DNA of 64,000 bases from the human T2T-CHM13v2.0 reference genome, Homo sapiens. The position numbers and the translations under genes are program-made. The stretch lies in assembly GCF_009914755.1 (NCBI RefSeq), contig NC_060939.1; one strand, given 5' to 3'. Of the stretch, positions 59,099 through 64,000 are shown in pieces. The notes below the pieces were generated by a model. That model was given only the letters and a program-made list of their open reading frames with translations. It had not been told where the DNA came from and did not search any database. Position 1 is the stretch's first letter. Each line of letters begins with the position of its first letter.

Positions 59099-61429
59099 GA
59101 CTCAAGGCAAAACACTGGAAACTGTGTTTATACAAACTCCCCAAGTGATTCTGGCAGCCAGCACAGAATGACTGTGCACAGACACTCAGGCATCACTAGC
59201 TCTGGGCGCCGCGCATTTGCCTGCTTCATCCAGGACAGTGGCTAACACTTCAGGTAGGGCCCACATACACTCAGAATAAAGAGCTGCCTGGTCAGGAGGG
59301 GGGCAGTCAGCATGGGCTAAGTTTTTTACAGATCTCTGGCAGACAGTGTTGTCTGCTTTGGCTAAAGAGGGAATGGGAAGGCAAATGACAAATGGCCTCT
59401 AACGTTGCAAAGAATAATGTGTTATGTGGAACTCAGACAAGCCAGTTCTATGGAGAAAGCAGTACATTGAGGATGAGATTTCTGCTTGTTTCTTTTTGTT
59501 TTTGGAGGAAAAGCCAGGGCTGTGGGCCTGACAGAAGTTGATATTTGGGTCTTGAATGTGTTCTCTTCCAGAATCTTCTCTTTCCAGTTTTCCCAGCTTA
59601 CTATTGATACCATTCACAGAAGTCTTGCATTCAGTGCCCTCTCTAGGTGGTACCTCCTTATAAACTGGGCCTTATGCTGGCATCTTGGGTCCTTGGAAGG
59701 ATAGTTTCCTGGTGCGCTGGATTAGTCATAGCCTATTGTAGTGACTCTGGCATGGTTACCTCAGGAACACCACCAGACAAATATAGACCCTTTAACACTG
59801 GCTGGCCCTTGTGTCTCCAGACCCCTCCCAGGAGTTCCTCACACTAGGAACCTTGGGCTGCTCCACTTTGGGTCACAAGGACCCCTTTGCCTAGCCCAAA
59901 GCAGGCCTCTTTGGTTGCTTTTCTCTGGTCCACTCTGGCTATGACCTTCAGGATCAGAGGGCAAGAAGTCGAGAAGGACACGTCTCCAAGATAGAGCACT
60001 AAGAGCTAATGGGCAGAACTGGCTGGAGCTGCTTATTCTTGGCCTTTTTATGGGTGAGATGCCTCTAGCAGTGTTGGACATCTCATCCCAGATACCACCA
60101 GGAGGTGAGCTTGCTCTGGGAGGCATATTGAAAGGGCTGCACCATGCAAAGGTCAGGAACTCTCTCCACTGCATGAAACATGGCACAAGCTCTGGCCCAT
60201 CTGGCTGTGACCAGCTGGGCCTTTGCTCAGGGCTGTCTGTGCTGCTCCTCACCAGGTGAGGAGTGAAGGGGAAAGAAGAAGGAGTCTTGTGCTCCTTTCA
60301 GAGGTTGGACAGTGCCATGACACTGTTCAAACTGTTTAGTTTCTCTGGGGCTTCTGCTTGGAGTTTAAGAGAGACATAATTTATTCTGAAGTTTGCCATG
60401 GAGAGAATAGCATCTCTATTCCAATGTAGTCATAATATATGGTATCATCCTGCCTATTTAAAAATATGTTTGGTAGTAAAATTTTCAGTCTTATTAAAAT
60501 TTTAGCCCAAATTCTTTTCCTCCTTTCTTGTTTTTCCCCAATCGGAAGATTCGGTCAGTATTTCCCCCAGGGGAAACACAAGAACATTACCTAAGAACTT
60601 TGAAATTATTTTCAGAGAATTCAGGTGCTGCTGGTTTTGAAGATGCCTAAAGGAGTTTCCAATGTTCTCCAACCTCGTCTATGGTAAAATAAATTCCAAG
60701 TAAGAGATTCCTTCCAACAAAAAGTAACCAAAATGTGTATTTGCCCCATCTTAGGTAATTAAACTCCCTAACAGACTTGCAGATTTAGGCAAAAAGAGTG
60801 GTAGAATATAAAAGCTCATTAATCATCCTGGCATCATGAGCTCATATTGTTATGAAATAAATATGCTTACTAAATGGATCCAGATGCCATCAAATACATG
60901 TTTCCAATAAAGACTATTTTTTGTTCTTGCCCAGGCAATAAACACACGAGGCTTGTTTATAACACCTCTTTTCCGTGAATCACAGTGGTCCATCCAACAC
61001 ATATTCTTTTCACCTCTTTCCCTGGTGAAAAGTGGGTACGTTTTCTGATGAGGATTCTGGGGAAAACCCTAACGAGGTAGGAGATGTTTCCCTGTAACCC
61101 AGAGCTGATGGGTGATAGGAAAATGGAAATCACTTGGCTAATCGTATACCAACATGGAAGACATTTGTCTCTATTAATCTTCTTACCCAACACATCAAAG
61201 TACCAATTTCAATCCAAGACAGTACCAGTCCCCAGAGGACAGACTTGAGTCTAAGAGGACCCCCTGCGATCTACTCTGTAAGGATGGAATGGTAGAAAGA
61301 TGAAGATATATTCAATTATCATCAAACCCCAGGCTCTTGATGTGGGTGAGCTGTCTTCCCAAGATCACCCCCAGGAGTTGGCTCAGGACTGGAAAGCAGA
61401 GGGGGCCCATTGGAGGGAGGATGGAGTTC

Positions 61430-61650
61430 ATAGTGAGTTGAGGGCAGTAGTTAACGTGGGGTTGGAGCCAGACACATACAAGTTCCTATCCTGATTCTGC
61501 CACTTAATAGTTATGACCTTCAACGGTATTCTACCTCTCTGAGTCCGTTTGCTTTATTCAAAAACTCCAAGTTGCTGGGAGGATAAATGAGATTGTTATT
61601 GTAAACTGCCCAGCACCTAAGATGCACTAAGATGTGGTAGCTCTTATCAC
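61430..61650. mobile_element. MIR
   Basis: ggagccagac...tctgccacttaatag..tgacctt...gaggataaatgaga...gtaaactgcccagcac. Confidence 0.7.
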
Positions 61651-61995
61651 CCTTCCTAGAAAGGTTATTCCGGATGGGGACTGATGCTGTCCAGGAGAAA
61701 TGGATGAGTAGAGGGAAAGCTGTTTGTTCTTAATAGTAGAATGAAACTCACATGTGTCACTAACCAAGGGGCCTGCCCTGCTGGGACAGGCCTCCCCTTA
61801 TAGCCCACTCCAAATCTATCCTTCTCGAGTTCCCACTCACTGGAATCTCCAGCCTTCCAGATTTTCTGGGACCTGGAGTTGGCCAGTCACCACCACCATC
61901 CTATGCAGCTTTCCCTTTATTACTGGAGGAAGTGTGAAGATAACTTTTTCCCTCAAACGATTGTAAAGAGCTTAAAGGCATTAAGATGAGAGACG

Positions 61996-62351
<356 letters not shown>

Positions 62352-62564
62352 TTACTAAACTATTTTATCTCATTTTCATCCTCATAATAACAGAGGTCAC
62401 ACCCAGATTTATCTTTCTTCAAAGCCTGTGCTCATTTCAGTACACTCTCTGCTTCTCAGTTACCTTTACTGAGAAATTAAGGTAAACAAAGCAGCACCAA
62501 TGAAAAAAGGGTTTGGAAAGGAAGCATTTGTGTTTTATAAAGTATGGGTGTCTAGTCCACTAGT

Positions 62565-62870
62565 TCAGCAATTTTCTCAACCCTGGTGTCTGTTAGAGCC
62601 ATACATCTCTGAAATCCTGCTTGAAAGAGAATTCTGTGGCCAAATAAAGTCAGGAGTGCTGCATATAATCTTACCATCTTGACAATGCATAGTGCAGAGT
62701 ATCATTTTAAAGGTTCTGAGAAGTCCTGCAGTTCAAAACAACCCCAAAACATAAAATTGCTTAACCTTGTGTTTGCCAAACATATTATAGACCCCTGTAT
62801 GATATGTGAAACATGTATTAATATCCTTGTTGCACTTCTCCTTCACAGAGCATTCTTTAGAAATACCAGT
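62565..62870. mobile_element. Old hAT-Charlie (MER113-like) fragment
   Basis: cag..ttttctcaa terminus; aaggttctgagaagtcctgcagt; subfamily uncertain. Confidence 0.45.
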
Positions 62871-63377
62871 TTGAAGTACAAGCATAAATTTCTCAAATTT
62901 TTTAATTGGCCTCATGTCCCAGTCTAGGAGAATATTCAGGCACCATCCCAGAATTTTCTGCCTTGTCCTCTCTCCAGGTCTTGCTCTGCAGTCCTCCCTC
63001 AAGCCATACTCTTGGGGAAAACACTTTCCTTCCAGGCTTTGGGACAAATTTGCCTTCCTTGTTCTTGGGGATTCTTCGGAGCTCTGGCCTGTGAAAGTTG
63101 CTCTTCTTGACTGACACCCCAACTTTTCTGGCCTGTTGGTGGCTGAACACCTCCTCACTAGCCACGTGTTAAGGCTGGCTCAGTAAATATGCCCAGGTCC
63201 TCCATGATGGGAAGTTAGGTTGTCATGTAGCCATAGTTATGGCAGTGGCTGTGTGACCTCTGTGTCACTGTCTTCCCACATGTAACTTGGTATTATACCC
63301 AGTTTCTACATCTGTGTGATTGATGTGTATGTTAAGTACATTGGATGTGCCAGCATACTGAATTTTTAAGACCTAAG

Positions 63378-64000
<623 letters not shown>

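Overview
Primate, most likely human, non-coding DNA that looks like a large intron or intergenic interval. I can identify no host protein-coding exon, RNA gene or CRISPR array. The ORF-track hits are Alu/L1-derived or chance ORFs. About 23 Alu pieces are present, along with many MIR/L2 and hAT (MER5A, MER94) fossils, MaLR/ERVL solo LTRs (MLT1, THE1D, MLT2B, MER77-like, LTR16, LTR33) and several L1 fragments. The largest element is a 5.3-kb, 5'-intact but 3'-deleted L1PA7/8-like copy (21100-26400). Four observations are not explained by ordinary repeat annotation. (1) A complex scar at the L1 5' junction contains a 66-bp copy of sequence 2.2 kb upstream, bracketed by iterated fold-back copies of a local 9-10-mer, which resembles template-switch or Pol-theta-type repair. 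Two smaller scars of possibly the same kind lie at 19361-19410 and 44473/45785. (2) A ~315-bp unique segment carries a RORE, an E-box and a perfect D-box palindrome, i.e. all three clock element classes. (3) A ~94-bp minisatellite has internal variable microsatellites. (4) There is one candidate small + strand exon. I do not see evidence for a new multi-gene biological system. Repeat subfamily names are from recalled consensus sequences, and boundaries of old repeats are approximate.
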